Shown here: positions 1 through 12,470 of the stretch, in pieces
Numbering within the stretch: position 1 is the stretch's first letter
How the letters are laid out: every line of letters begins with the position of its first letter
NCBI GenBank assembly: GCA_030704615.1
Contig: CM060733.1
Coordinates: 48,794,001-48,858,000, forward strand
Length of the DNA stretch: 64,000 nucleotides
Direction: 5' to 3'
DNA from: Takakia lepidozioides
Taxonomy: Eukaryota > Plantae > Bryophyta
The notes under the pieces: generated by a model
What the model was told of the DNA's origin: nothing
Databases searched by the model: none
Seen by the model: only the letters and a program-made list of their open reading frames with translations
Program-made: the position numbers and the translations under genes

Positions 1-1203
1 ATCAGCTACATGAACATATGCAGTATCAAGCACCTTGAAGTACATATGATTATTGAGATTGTTTGCACAGATTGTTAGCGACGGTGTTCCTCTTTTGACG
101 TCCAGTCCACATGAAAACGACGAGAATGTCGCTGGAGATTGACGTTCAATTGCTGACATTCTGCCTCCTCGTAACACCATTTTGGTGTGCAATGATGGAC
201 ATCAGAACAGGTCAGATCTTAGAAAAGCACGCGTGATCGCACGATGTTAATCGTTGGTGTTCCTCAAAAGAATAGTGGATCTCCAAACGAAAGATATAGG
301 AACCAAACAAAACACCACGAGGATGCTGTCAATTGTTGGAGATCGGATTATGCAAGCAGGGAGAATAACTTTAAACAACTTAAAGACTAGGATTATAAGA
401 TACTTGAATAATCCGCCAAGGAACAAGTGACACCATCAGCCCGGATGATTTGAGTGCGTGTTCTGAAACACATCAATGAATCATCCAGGATGATGGTGTG
501 AAATATTCCGGGACGGATTATCCGAATACCTTGAGTTCCCTCGCTGTAACTGACCTGAAGTAACTCACTAAGCCTGCAGAATCATCACATCTTCGAATGA
601 CAGCATTTTCGTTGTTGATTGCGTGAGCATAGAAAAAACATCACTCCAACCAATCACATGTGGCACTGTTGAGGTAATATAACCATTTGGCAGTCAGCTG
701 GAGAACCAGGACGATGCTGAATTCCGCTTTTCGAACCATGAGTGATCGCCCGATAGATCTCTGCCTCTACCACCATTGAGAACCCCAACGAGCCGAGTGC
801 ATCCAGATTTCAATCAACCACAGTGGTGCCATCAGTTTGTCAGGGAAGGAATTTCGATGCCGCCAAAATTACTTCAATCCATTTGAAGAGAGATTTTAAC
901 AGAGCTTCACAATCCGCTCATGAACAAATGAGACGACCATTGTGGGAGCTTGAATTACATAGACGATGATCGTGTCACTTATTCCCCATCGTAATATGAA
1001 AACATCGGAAAATTTCTTCTCCTCCAACCTCCTCCAACCTCCAGCCTGATCTGTTATTGCTTAAACTAACAATGAAGTCAACTTGTTTTGATAACATCTG
1101 ATGGCACTGCTGATCCATGCTAGCTCCACAAGAAGATATATGAAAGAACCACGCGCGATCGCGCGTGATTTCTCTCAAACTTTGATGACTAACATTACAG
1201 CCG

Positions 1204-4200
1204 AAGGGTCTGGTATAACATTGACAAAGTTAAATAACGTATGTGTGTAATGAACAGGCCGGCCATAGTTTAATTCATCAATAACACAGAGTTGCTTCCC
1301 AAACGGTTCACACTCAACGCATAACTGTTAACTACATTCCAGCTTTTAATCACCTTCATCCCACCAGACTTCAGGAAACTGGCCAGTAGTCGTCTACACT
1401 TTGCATTGGCTGCTTGGAGGATGAGCAAACATCCATTGTCGGCCAGGAAGTTCCCACAAAATTTGAAGACGTCCCAAGGCCAGTAGCGCTCGTCCCATTC
1501 ATTCCAGAACAGAGTGACACCTTTCGGAGGAAAATCTGGGACTGGAAGCCCGTCTGGAATGTCCACAACAATGAGCTCGCAGACAAAGGGTTTCTTCTCT
1601 CCGTTCACCCAGCATGGACCTTTTCCAGCCTTCACACAAAAAGAAAACAATCCTACTTATAGGAACTGTGAACACACTACAAAAACTAATGACAAGGAGG
1701 GTGGATTGGAGAGTGAATTTACCAGAGTGAGGAATGAAGACAGTGTCTCCCAAGTCAGGGACTTCTCATTTACTGTGCCGCCTTTCCTCCTTGATTCCAT
1801 CATGTCCAAGAAGCTTTCATTCACTGTCTTGTGTTGGAATCCCGTGGCCACACCTCTGCCAGGGTTAGGTAAGGCCTCATATGGTCGATCTGACAAAGGG
1901 AGTTGTGACCCCCTCCTGAGCCCCTCCTACCACAGCAGCCACTGCCTGGCTTTGTTCGCCCTCTTTCTTTTTATCCTTCTTCTTTCCACCCTTTTTTTTC
2001 GGGCTCGGATTCACAACCGGTTCCTTTGCTCTCAAAAGCCGGAGATCTCTCAACTGCAGATGTCTATCCGTAAGAGAAGTAAGAGCCTCGGCATTGTCAT
2101 TCAAGTTCCGAAGGACGTTCTCCTCCAAGGGTGTGGATTGTTTGGGGCAATCCAGGTACCAGCCAAAGTCTTTCAAATGGGACCTGCTCCAGTCCTCCAG
2201 AATTCCCACTGTGTACATAGTTGTGTCCGGATTTGTCTTTGCCCAACTGTCAATGAAGAATGGGTAGGCGCTTAGAAACCCCCCTGGAAAAAGCACTCTG
2301 TGGATATATCTACAGTGACAGCCAGAAAAGAAATCAACATAAGTACAAGACATACATGATAGCAGATAACAAACCTTCGCTGCAACAATTTACAAAACAT
2401 AATCTAAATACAGGCTATACTCATTCTTGCGTCAACGAAAGCCTGATCCCGGGTCAGGAACATGAGCCTTGACACCCAAGAACTTGTTTTCCCTGTCACC
2501 TCAACTAAAGCGATGGCTGCCCTTCAGGAGGCGTTTTTATTTTATTTTTTTAATTAATTAATTATATTTATTTTATAACTTTTGATGGCTGTCATGAACC
2601 AGGCTTGCGTTAACGCAAGCCTACTGCAGACCCAAAAAAGACACATCCCTCACAGTCTTGAGGGACCCTGAAACCACCAACCATGAACTCTGTAGCCTCA
2701 CAACAGACCTCTATAACACAGTCGGTTGGATTCACCAAGCTCCATTCCACCCAAAATCAGGTTTGCGTCAACGCAAGCTTGATCCCTACCCCAAGGTAAC
2801 CGGAGACTGCAAGACATGATGAGCAGGGTCGGCAGGCTTGCCTTAACGCAAGCCTCAATAGATGCAGTTTCTGTCTATGAAAACAGCACTCCAAAATTTT
2901 AATGCATGAATAACAAACCTATATATGACTCGCTTCATCGCCTGCTCACCATTGTGCTGCGCATCGAACAAGTTTGAGCAATTTATACCACCTTCCACAG
3001 CGAATTCCCAGAAGAACGCATGGTTCCAAATGATCCCTTTCCACCTCCTTATCTAGGTCTCGAATGACTCTTCCGGTGTACCAACCACGATCTTGAAGTC
3101 TGTAAGTGATTTCTCCATAACCTCCTGAGCCCTCTCCTCCAACTGGCACGTGGAACACTCTGTTAGAATCTAATGTATAGCTCAAACACACTCAGTCCAA
3201 GTAATGAAGAGCTGTATACATAAATTCTTACTTGTGCCCAGAATGTGGCTTTATGTAGCCAGATGTCCCACACTTGGTCACTGAAAGGGGTTACGACTCC
3301 AGTGGTGGCGTTCCTCTCGCCCATGGGAAAACTATTTGATACATGTACGGAGGAAGAAAAAGATGTAAATTAGACATTGCATGTCCTAGGTGATTGCAGG
3401 TCCTTGCCTCTCTGGTGGGGTGTTATAGAAGTGGACCATTGAATGTAAGAGACCCGAATAATCCACAAGGAATTCATCTTTGCACGCTGTATACCCTGTG
3501 ATGTAATTGATGATTTTCAACATTTGTGTTGCTGTGAAGTGAACATTCTACAAATTATCTTGATCGTTTTTGTCTGTGGTCATATCACTTATATTCGAGA
3601 ATTTTGTGTGATTCAGCACCATGCTGACTAGAAGAGAATTGAAAATGCGTGGTAAGGTGAGCTCCAGACTCGAGACTTCAAACATAACCGACCTTCCCCA
3701 GATCCCACCAAAACTAGGGAGAACAGGCTCGGAGTTCCAAATCTGAAGCCAACGCACTTTTACTGCAGGCTCTACCATTGCCATAGCAAGCCGGTGCAGC
3801 TTCTCCTGTGTCATTTCAGGCTTCGTGTTCTTGCTCCAATGAATGCGGACCTCTTCCAGAAACTGTGAACCAAGACCAGGATCAGCTATACGTAGCTGTT
3901 TGATGAACGCAGTCACCACCTTCCCTCGGAATTCGTTCATGTAGAAAGTCATTGCCGTCTCTATTCCGAAGGCAGTGCGTTCACTCTCTGGAGTCTTTCC
4001 GTAGTACTCTGCTTTACCCCGCTCACCCGAATCAGCAATTTCTTGCTACCCAACATAAGGATAAGGTGCAAAGAGAGGTCAGTCACCCAAATGTGTACTG
4101 GAAAACCTGAGCCCAAACTCCACAGTGAATCAGGCTTGCATCAACGTAAACCTGACCAGATGTTCTGGTATGAAAAGAAAACAACTCTCGAATGCAAGAC

Positions 4201-4823
4201 TTACCGTATACATGTACTCCAGAAACGCATCCCTGAGTCTGTACCATGTCTCTGCCCTTTTGGAGGTCTTGAAGGCCTCATGTGACAGAATAGTCTTAAA
4301 GCTGGACAGGGGCATTCTTCCGAGCTTTTACATCCTGAATAATGTGTGCACCAGGTTTGTTGTAACATGGGAAGACTCTGTCTGCCTGCACAATCAAACC
4401 GAGTGTGAAAAAATGAAAGACAGGGTCCTCACGACAATGAGTGTAATGTGAATTTGGAGTAGAATCTGGTGAATGTCGAGAGAACTCACTTGTTTATATC
4501 ATGCATGGCTGTTAGTAGCTGGGTGTAGTTCCCACTCGGATCCAAAACGCATGCCGCAACTGAGTAGTGTCAATCTTTCTTCTTGATACATATTGTCGAT
4601 GTACTCCATCCAGGCGGTGGTTCCCGTCCCAAACAAAGAACATCTTGTTACTATACACCTGCAACTCGGGACTCCTGGACAGAGATTGTTCGAACTCCAA
4701 ATTCACTTCCTTCCACCAGTCATCCCACTTGGCCATGATGTCCTCGTCAACTACTTTCTTGTTTCCATTGGAATCACCTACTGAAACATAAAACACTGGG
4801 GTTCCAAACACATACCCATGCAC
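1204..4823 (-). pseudogene. Decayed multi-exon gene with ParB/Sulfiredoxin-like motif and C-terminal N6/N4 DNA methyltransferase-like segment, probably TE-borne
   Basis: Collinear minus-strand ORF pieces: 4512-4823 contains FFVWDGNHR (ParB/Srx DGxHR signature); 1270-1650 reads ELIVVDIPDG..WN..VFKFCGNFLADNGCLLI, resembling beta-class amino-MTase motif IV-VI spacing; frameshifts present. Boundaries approximate. Confidence 0.45.
2426..4154. repeat. Dispersed 22-bp palindrome AGGCTTGCGTTAACGCAAGCCT, five copies
   Basis: Perfect copy at 2601-2622; variants at about 2426-2446, 2758-2781, 2833-2855 and 4131-4154. Confidence 0.85.
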
Positions 4824-5175
4824 AAAATCTCCCTGAAGTTTCCTGATATCCCCGTCTTATGACTTCACTTTGTATGAGATGAATGGGATTCATGTCTTGA
4901 ATGGCCTTTTACAAGCAATCCTATTTCACTCATTCACGCCACATTCATCCAGTCATTATCATCCAACATTCATCCTGCATTCATCCATTTCCCTAAACCC
5001 AATCATCCATGCTTACTTCGTCGAGAAGTTTTTCGTACACATTCCTCCCACATTTTCTGTCATGGAGGTCAGCGTCTTCAGTCCCAGCATGGTATGTTAG
5101 GCTCCAATAGGCACCGGTTTGCGTCCACGACAATAGGCCCTGCTTCTTCCACGGTTATATGTTCCACTTTCAATT

Positions 5176-5254
5176 TGTGCTCACGCTTAACTTGTGCTCA
5201 TGCTTAAGGGAATCTGCTCACGCTTAGTGCGCTAAGCGTGAGCGTGCTCACGCC
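5176..5254. repeat. GCTCACGCTTA short repeats forming a hairpin
   Basis: Several direct copies of tgctcacgctta plus an inverted copy (gctcacgcttag tgcg ctaagcgtgagc). Confidence 0.7.
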
Positions 5255-8200
5255 CCAGTATGAAAGTGGAAAGCAATTCCACAACGTGTACCTCTTTACT
5301 TAACACGTTTCCATTCGAAAAGAATATAGCTGCAAGAGGGATAATTGATGCAGTACATGGATGACAATGTGGCTGTGCCAATCATAAGGGTTATGTGTGA
5401 TATTGATCTCTCCTGGAGGTCATGTACTTATTACCTAGCAGAATACGTCTTTACGTCGACAGAATTCAGGTTTCATTCTCTGGGTTCATTGTTGTACCAG
5501 CAGGGCTACTAAAATGGCAATGATACAGGGATGGTAGTCTCAGAAATGCAGTATGCACAACATTTTCGGACCCTAAACCCCCTCTACTTCTCATTTTGGA
5601 GGTTAAGATGGAGGTTAAGATGACCATTTTGCTGAAGCACATTAGGAATTTGTCGGGTTCTGGACGTCATGGCATGTGCCTTGTGCTTGCTTATTTGTAA
5701 TGCACTTCTCTGTTTTACAAAACACTCCCTTCCCGTGCTGATGAATAGAGTGACTTCAATGTGGTAGACAGTCCTAGTCTTTTATGTTTGGATCATGTTT
5801 GCATTGGGTTTGATTTGTTTGTTTAATGTCTCTCATTGTTGCATGCCTTCTATTTGATTTTCTTATGTGTGTTTGCTGCTTTTGTTGGGTGCTTGTTTCC
5901 TGTGTTTTCCTCAAAGCACCATTCCAACAATGTATCCCGTGCACTTGTATGCATGGAGTAGCAGTTTTGTCTTTGTACTGAGTTGCAATGTCTGTATTTC
6001 GTGTTTATGTGTGCTCTGAGTGGATGTGTAACTGATTGCCTGTATTTGATGTACTGTTGTTTCGGTGTGTCACTTACACAACTGGTACAAGGTCAGTACA
6101 TAGATTATTTACATAGATTGATCCATCTGCAGTCTATTTTCTGAAACTTCCTTGTCACATCATGTGTGAAATACGTCTGTAATTCAGACTCTGAAAGATG
6201 GAAAGAGCACAGATGAGAGTGAATTAAGTGATACACACCTCACCATTTCCCTTGTTGGCAACCTGCTCAAATGGATAGAGACGAATAAAACTCGGTATGC
6301 ATGGTTTATGCATTCTCCATTCAGTCTTTGGACCTTGGTATGCATGCTCTAGTGACTGCCTTGATCTCCGGTGCTCCAGCAGTGGTTCAAACATGCTTTC
6401 ACACCTTCAACTTCAGTTTTAACGCAATTTTCTAAGCCTCATCTGCAATATATGGAAGTTTAATTCGAAGTGCGACATCCATCTAATTACCAATTAAATG
6501 CAGCCATTCATTGATAAAACTTGAGAAGAATATGCCAGATTCTTTTTGCAAAGAAAATGAAAGGGGAAAATTCACGTATTGACCTTATTCCATGTGCATC
6601 ACTACACTCACCTTCATAGCTGCAAATAACATCTCCTGCCATGGATGATGAACAGAAACAATACTTCTATTATTGTACCACAAGCTTGATACTGCAAACT
6701 AAGAATGCAGACCTTTGTTCTCAAAATACAATGATAACCGACTTAAAAAAAGAGTCATATTCCCCTGTGAAGGGGTAGTACACAACTTTGATGGCATCAA
6801 AGCATATTCACAACTCATGAAACAAGTGCTTCAACTGTGATGCAAGCAAGAGTTTCTAGGCAGTACCTTGGTGATCAGACTGAAAAGGTGAGACCAATGC
6901 CATAAGTGTATTGGGTAATTCTGCCAGGGGTAACCTCTGCTATTGACATAAGAACCAGCATGAGATCGTGCTCTAGCTTACCATGCCAGGGCATGGAGTG
7001 TGGACAATGCTGCAACACAAGTGCCATCACAATTTTTGTGATGACCCACAGATATAGAAACAGAAAGCTCCCTGTGTATATGAAACGAGGCACCATCTGT
7101 TGACGCACGTTCCTTGTCGCTATCAACCCACAGTATCTCCTTGATGCTCTTGAGCCTGAAATCTAGTGGATGGATCTGCATCCAACAAAAAGGAATACAT
7201 ACTTCCCCTAGCCTTTTATAACATCCACAGCAAGCCCAGTGGCATGGCGTCTCATGTATTACAAATCACCAAAAGTCAATTGTAACCTCTTAAACCAAGC
7301 ACTCATAATATCCTACATATGTATGTATAAGGGAAACTAGATTACCCTCAAATCAATTTGCTTCAGGCGGCTGTACTTCACGAACTCACCCATATTTGAA
7401 AGCACCAAGATGTCCAACCAGAGGCATCACCCCCTTCTCTAGCCCGTGGATGTTCTGCACAGTCAATTGATCCCACTCACAAATAACACATTATCCAAAA
7501 CAGCAGAAATGAACAAACTGGTCACAAGGGTGGGGATCCTCGACCATATTTCTTCTTGGTACAATACCAATATTTACCATTGCATCAGCCCTCTAAACAA
7601 ATTGGCACTGCCTGTGCAACACAGTTCTGGTATGTCTAGTTGAATTCACACCCAGTGGGTAAGAACCCCAGAACCAACTTCAGGAGGGGTTACATCAGTT
7701 AGATGTCACCACTCTTGCCTTTCTCCCCTTCTTCTTCGGAGGTTGTGGTTTCCACTTATTGGCTGCCATGGCGGATGTAACCTCCAAGACGGCATATGTC
7801 TTATCCTCTGGCCCGAATGAGTAGTGGTACCTACAACAGAAACCACCTTGCAATACTGAAATATTTTAGGGGGCACCGCCTGAAAGAGTCGTGGAAGAAG
7901 GGGGCGCCATGGAACTTGGTTACTGGTACTGTATACAGACACATGAAACAATGAACTCATAACAATCCTTCAAACCTAAACATGACTGTTACCCTAAACA
8001 CTTCAAGAAAACAGTACTCGCAGCAAACTACAATGAAAACTGATGTATACTTCTAGGAGAACCCCATGTTCTCAGATGTAGATATATGAGAGGGTCGTGC
8101 AACCATCTATGAATACCATCTATGAATCGACTGACTGGGAAACTGTTACCAAAAACACTCGTTGGACCCTACACATGACTGTTACTGGAAACAGTTAAAG

Positions 8201-9436
8201 AAAACAATACTTCCAGCAAATTTGTAAAAGGGCAGAAATGAATGCTTGTATTCGAATCCCAGATTCTCAGATATACGTATTTCTCTAGGTTCTGCTTCAC
8301 CTCCTTCACCTCATTTGCAAACATGTCTCTCGGGAAGCAAGTCGAAGCACACACAGAAAGCACAACGTATTGTGTGAAAATTCGTGACACAATGGCGAGT
8401 CCCCAATTTCGGAGAGAGAGACTGAGGGGACGAAGATGCGGGGGACAGGTGGTCAATCATCTCGATGACAACAAACATCCGCTAAACGACGTCCATCCGT
8501 TTTGGAGGTACATTCATTGCTGTTTCAAATTTCAAATTTGAAATGTTCAGGATCTCCAATATGTGTGTCTATGCTCTAGGGCTGGTTCAAATTTCAAATG
8601 GCTCCAATATGTATGTATGAGGAGGCATGTGAACACACATACAGGATTGTATGATGGCATGGTCATGATGTGATGGATGTATTTGTTGCATTCATGGGAC
8701 ATGCATGATGGATGCGTGCAAAACAGTAACATTGAGTTCATTGTGTGGCAGTGTTTTGACGAGCAATGGACCCGGCGCGGGGGTGGCGGGTGGAGCGGGA
8801 GGGGGGCGCCTGGCGCGGCGACTGTGGGTGGGGCCACGCAGGCAGGCCCGCTGAGGCAGCATTCAACTCCGGGGCCTCATTTATCACTTGCTTTGTGGAT
8901 TTGGCTGCCACGTAGGCAGGTCAATGGTGCTCTAACAATGGATTTCATGAAACCCTGGCACTTTGCAAAATTCTAGGGAGCAGAGCTTTTATAATTTTTT
9001 GGTGCTGTAAATTCCCACGTGTGCTCCTCTCTGACATCTACAATTCATCTTCAAGGTTCACTTCCATCCAATATCATCCATGGGAATTGGAGCGTGGCAA
9101 ATAATCTGACGCGACCAGAATCCCTTAGGGGTTAAGAGTTTGAATCCATTATATCCCTATGACTACAAAACCGTGCAAAGACCCAACGACATCGATGCCA
9201 CCGGAATCTCCATATCTCTATCGAAAAGAAAGAACCCAATAGGTACGAGAGAGAGAGAGAACGAGAGAGAGACTCATCATTGAATGAATGCTTTGAGAAG
9301 ACAAAAAATTCTGTTGACGAATTCTATCGAAAATGGCGGTTTCCCGCCATATCACAACGAGAGAGACAGAGAGAGAGGGAGAGAGAGAGAGAGAGAGGGA
9401 AAAGTCTGGAGGATCCAGAGTGTGAAGGCGGCAGGT

Positions 9437-12068
9437 ATGGAGACGGATCCTTTAGAGCCTCAAGCGAAGATACAGAAAGTGGAGGGGAAGGAGAATGGGA
9501 CCGTGATCCTTGGCTTGAACGCCCTTCGGGTCAAGAAGCTGTCGCCGCATGCCATTCTTCCGTCGAGAGGCACAGCCAATGCTGCCGGCTATGATCTTTC
9601 AAGGTTTTTTGTATTGCTTTTTCCCCGGTCTCCCTCGAAATGGTTCCTACTGTTCTTTGTCTCTTGGGTTTTCTTGGCCTTCCGCGGACGTTATGAAGTT
9701 TCTTTTTTTCGTCTTTCTTTCTTCCGCTCTCTTTTCGGCCAGCCATGCAACATTGGTGAAGTTAGGGATGAATTCTTTCTTTCTCCACCCACAAAGTCGA
9801 CAGGGTAATTCGTTGGACGAGGGATGGTCCCCATGGCTTTGCTCAACGACATAAGTAAGTGAAATGACCTGCTTGTACAGAGTGTTAGAATTGAGAAGCA
9901 TGGCAATGATTTGGGATGTTTATAATATGGTGGGATGCAGTGCCTGTGAATGTGTGGTGCCGTCGCGGGGAAAAGCATTGGTCAAGACCGACCTTTCCAT
10001 TGCTATTCCAGAGGGGACATATGCTCGAATAGGTCTGTATCACTCTCATTCTATCTTTTCATATTTCTCCTTAATGATGGCACATTTCGCATGCTCAACA
10101 GCCTGAAATGACGCAGATTAGAGGCAGGAACTTGACTGAGAGTAGGCTGATACCGAGGCCAAGCCACAGCGCCAGTCAGGTAGTGGCAGGAAATAAACTT
10201 CGTAGCACAGGGTAGTCTTTCTGAGGCTACGTTTGGTAGCAAAGGTCGTGCTTTTCCTCTTAAGTGAGGTCTGATCTCATGTGGATATAAGACACACTGA
10301 CTAATTTTGTGTTAAAGAGAACCACATAAACCAGAGAAATGAAATGGTAGTTTATAGAGAGAAAGAACGAAACTTTGTAACGTCCACGGAAAGCTCAAAA
10401 ACAACTATTCAACGTCAAGAAATTCTCCAAGGTGAAGAGCCTGGTGTAGATATGCTGCCAAGCATTTCTGATCCTCGTAATGAAACACTTCAGCGATGGT
10501 TTGGTGTCCCAAATAGGCAAAATATCGACCCCTTATCTCAGACAGTGAAAGAAGAAATGTTCTTCAGTCTCAATTTCCCTTCTGTCATCTCTACGCCACT
10601 TCAGTACGCCATCTCTATCCGCATAGCTGTGTGAGCCCACCTTGACTACTCGTACAAGTGAGGGAGATAGAGTTCCAGACAAGTCATTGGGCGTTATTTT
10701 ATTGTCGATAGAATTGCAGCTTTGTTGTGAGATTCTGGGATTTCAATGTATAATGCAAACATTATTAGTGTCTACAGTCTGTGTAGTATATTGTATGGAC
10801 TGTGTATGCAGAATGAGCTAATTTTTTTGAGATTGGGACTAGGCAGAGACTTGCCTGTTAAGTAAGGTTTTTTGGATCTTTTTTCCTGTTGCTGAGTGCT
10901 GCAGTGGCAGGTCTACTGTACATTATTCACTAGAATCATCCTGCTGCCAAAAATCCTGCGCTACAAGTTGGTGTTCAATACACATGTACATTCTTCATTT
11001 TATTTTTTTGGAAATGGTATGTCATGTTTACATGTTCACCCAATCGGAATGCCTGGTCGTCATTTAGCATAGTAGTAGTTGTTATAGAGTACTACTTGGT
11101 TGTTGGTCCCGGCATTCAGAAAATTGAAGATCTGACCATATCAATGGGTCTTTAAACAGCTGCTTTCATAGAGGTTGTGAGAGTGGAGACTGGCAACCAC
11201 TTGGGGGAGAGTGCAGCCTTGTCAGGAAGATTCTGAGTAGAAATAGTGGTGTGCACACAAATTCAGCATATCTGAGATGGTGTTGTACATTTAGCCCCAA
11301 TATTCCTTGAAGTAGAGATGCGTGTAGGCGGTTCCAGCTTTTTCTCCCACAAAGAAATCGGTACCTCAGGCCCAGAACTCACAGCTATACATAGCAGCAG
11401 GAGTAACAACCGAGTTGCAGAGCAGTTTTTTCTTGAGGATGTCTAAGATGGATCCGTTTGTTAATTCCCTTGGAGACGAAGGGAGGCAGCCTTGCTCTTT
11501 GTCTGTCTGTCCCTGGCTGTACCTGCAAGCTTAAATTGCGTGCATGGTTATCATTCCCATATAGGTGTATGATTTGACCACCTCAATTTTCTGACGGTCA
11601 AAGAAGGACCTTCAATCAGCATGTCTATTGAAAACCATTGGTTAGTTGAGGTTGACCTGTAGCCATACTCTTTTGTGAATTCCTCCAGGATGCTGAGGGG
11701 GAGCGGTAGGACGCAAGGTAAAAGAGAGAGCTCTAAGTGAAATGACAGACTTTTAACATTTGTTGTGAGCATGTCTGATGGTATGTGATTGAATTTGAAC
11801 AGCTCCGCGGTCAGGGCTAGCATGGAAGCATTCAATAGATGTGGGGGCAGGAGTGGTGGATGCTGACTACCGCGGGCCACTTGGCGTCATCCTCTTCAAC
11901 CACTCTGACACCGACTTTACCATTCAATCAGGTGATCGAATTGCGCAGCTCATTCTTGAGCGTATCATCAACCCTGAGGTCATTGAAGTGGATGATCTGG
12001 ATGCTACCACACGAGGCGCAGGAGGTTTTGGCTCCACAGGAGTGATTGCCTTGGTTGTGGAACAGTGA
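9437..12068 (+). CDS. DUT: dUTP pyrophosphatase (dUTPase), 3 exons: 9437-9603, 9941-10032, 11803-12068
   Basis: Motifs [33 protein letters not shown] and [10 protein letters not shown] join in frame across GT-AG introns. Confidence 0.96.
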
Positions 12069-12470
12069 GACTACTCTCTTACTGTTAATACTCAATCAGA
12101 ACACAAGGTTTACTTCCAAGAGAGATTGAGAGTTGACAGGGTTAACATTAGATGTGAAACTCGACTTGAGACATTGCAAACATGGTAGCTGCAGAGGTAC
12201 TCTCCAAGACACAAATTGGGGTTAAGTGAACCTGTGAGCGATCTTCCATGTTCATCATAATTCCTGCACTTACTTCCAACCCTGTCTGTTCTAAGAAAAC
12301 AATTTCTAAATCAACTCTAAGGCTGCTATCAATTGTGATGCAGCAATTATATGAATCAGTCTACAATGAGAACTATATGAGAATTGTGGGGTGTAATTTT
12401 TCCTAGTCTTCAGGGCCTTAGGAAATGGAGTGATTTCACCTGAAGAAAGGCATTGGACCAACAGCAAGAA

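Noticed and set aside
1514-2275. 253-aa plus-strand ORF and other antisense ORFs over TEs and PPR repeats
   Set aside because: Shadow frames of coding sequence on the opposite strand, with no recognisable motifs.
9437-12068. Viral or retroelement-borne dUTPase
   Set aside because: It has introns, a plant-like sequence and no enclosing element termini.
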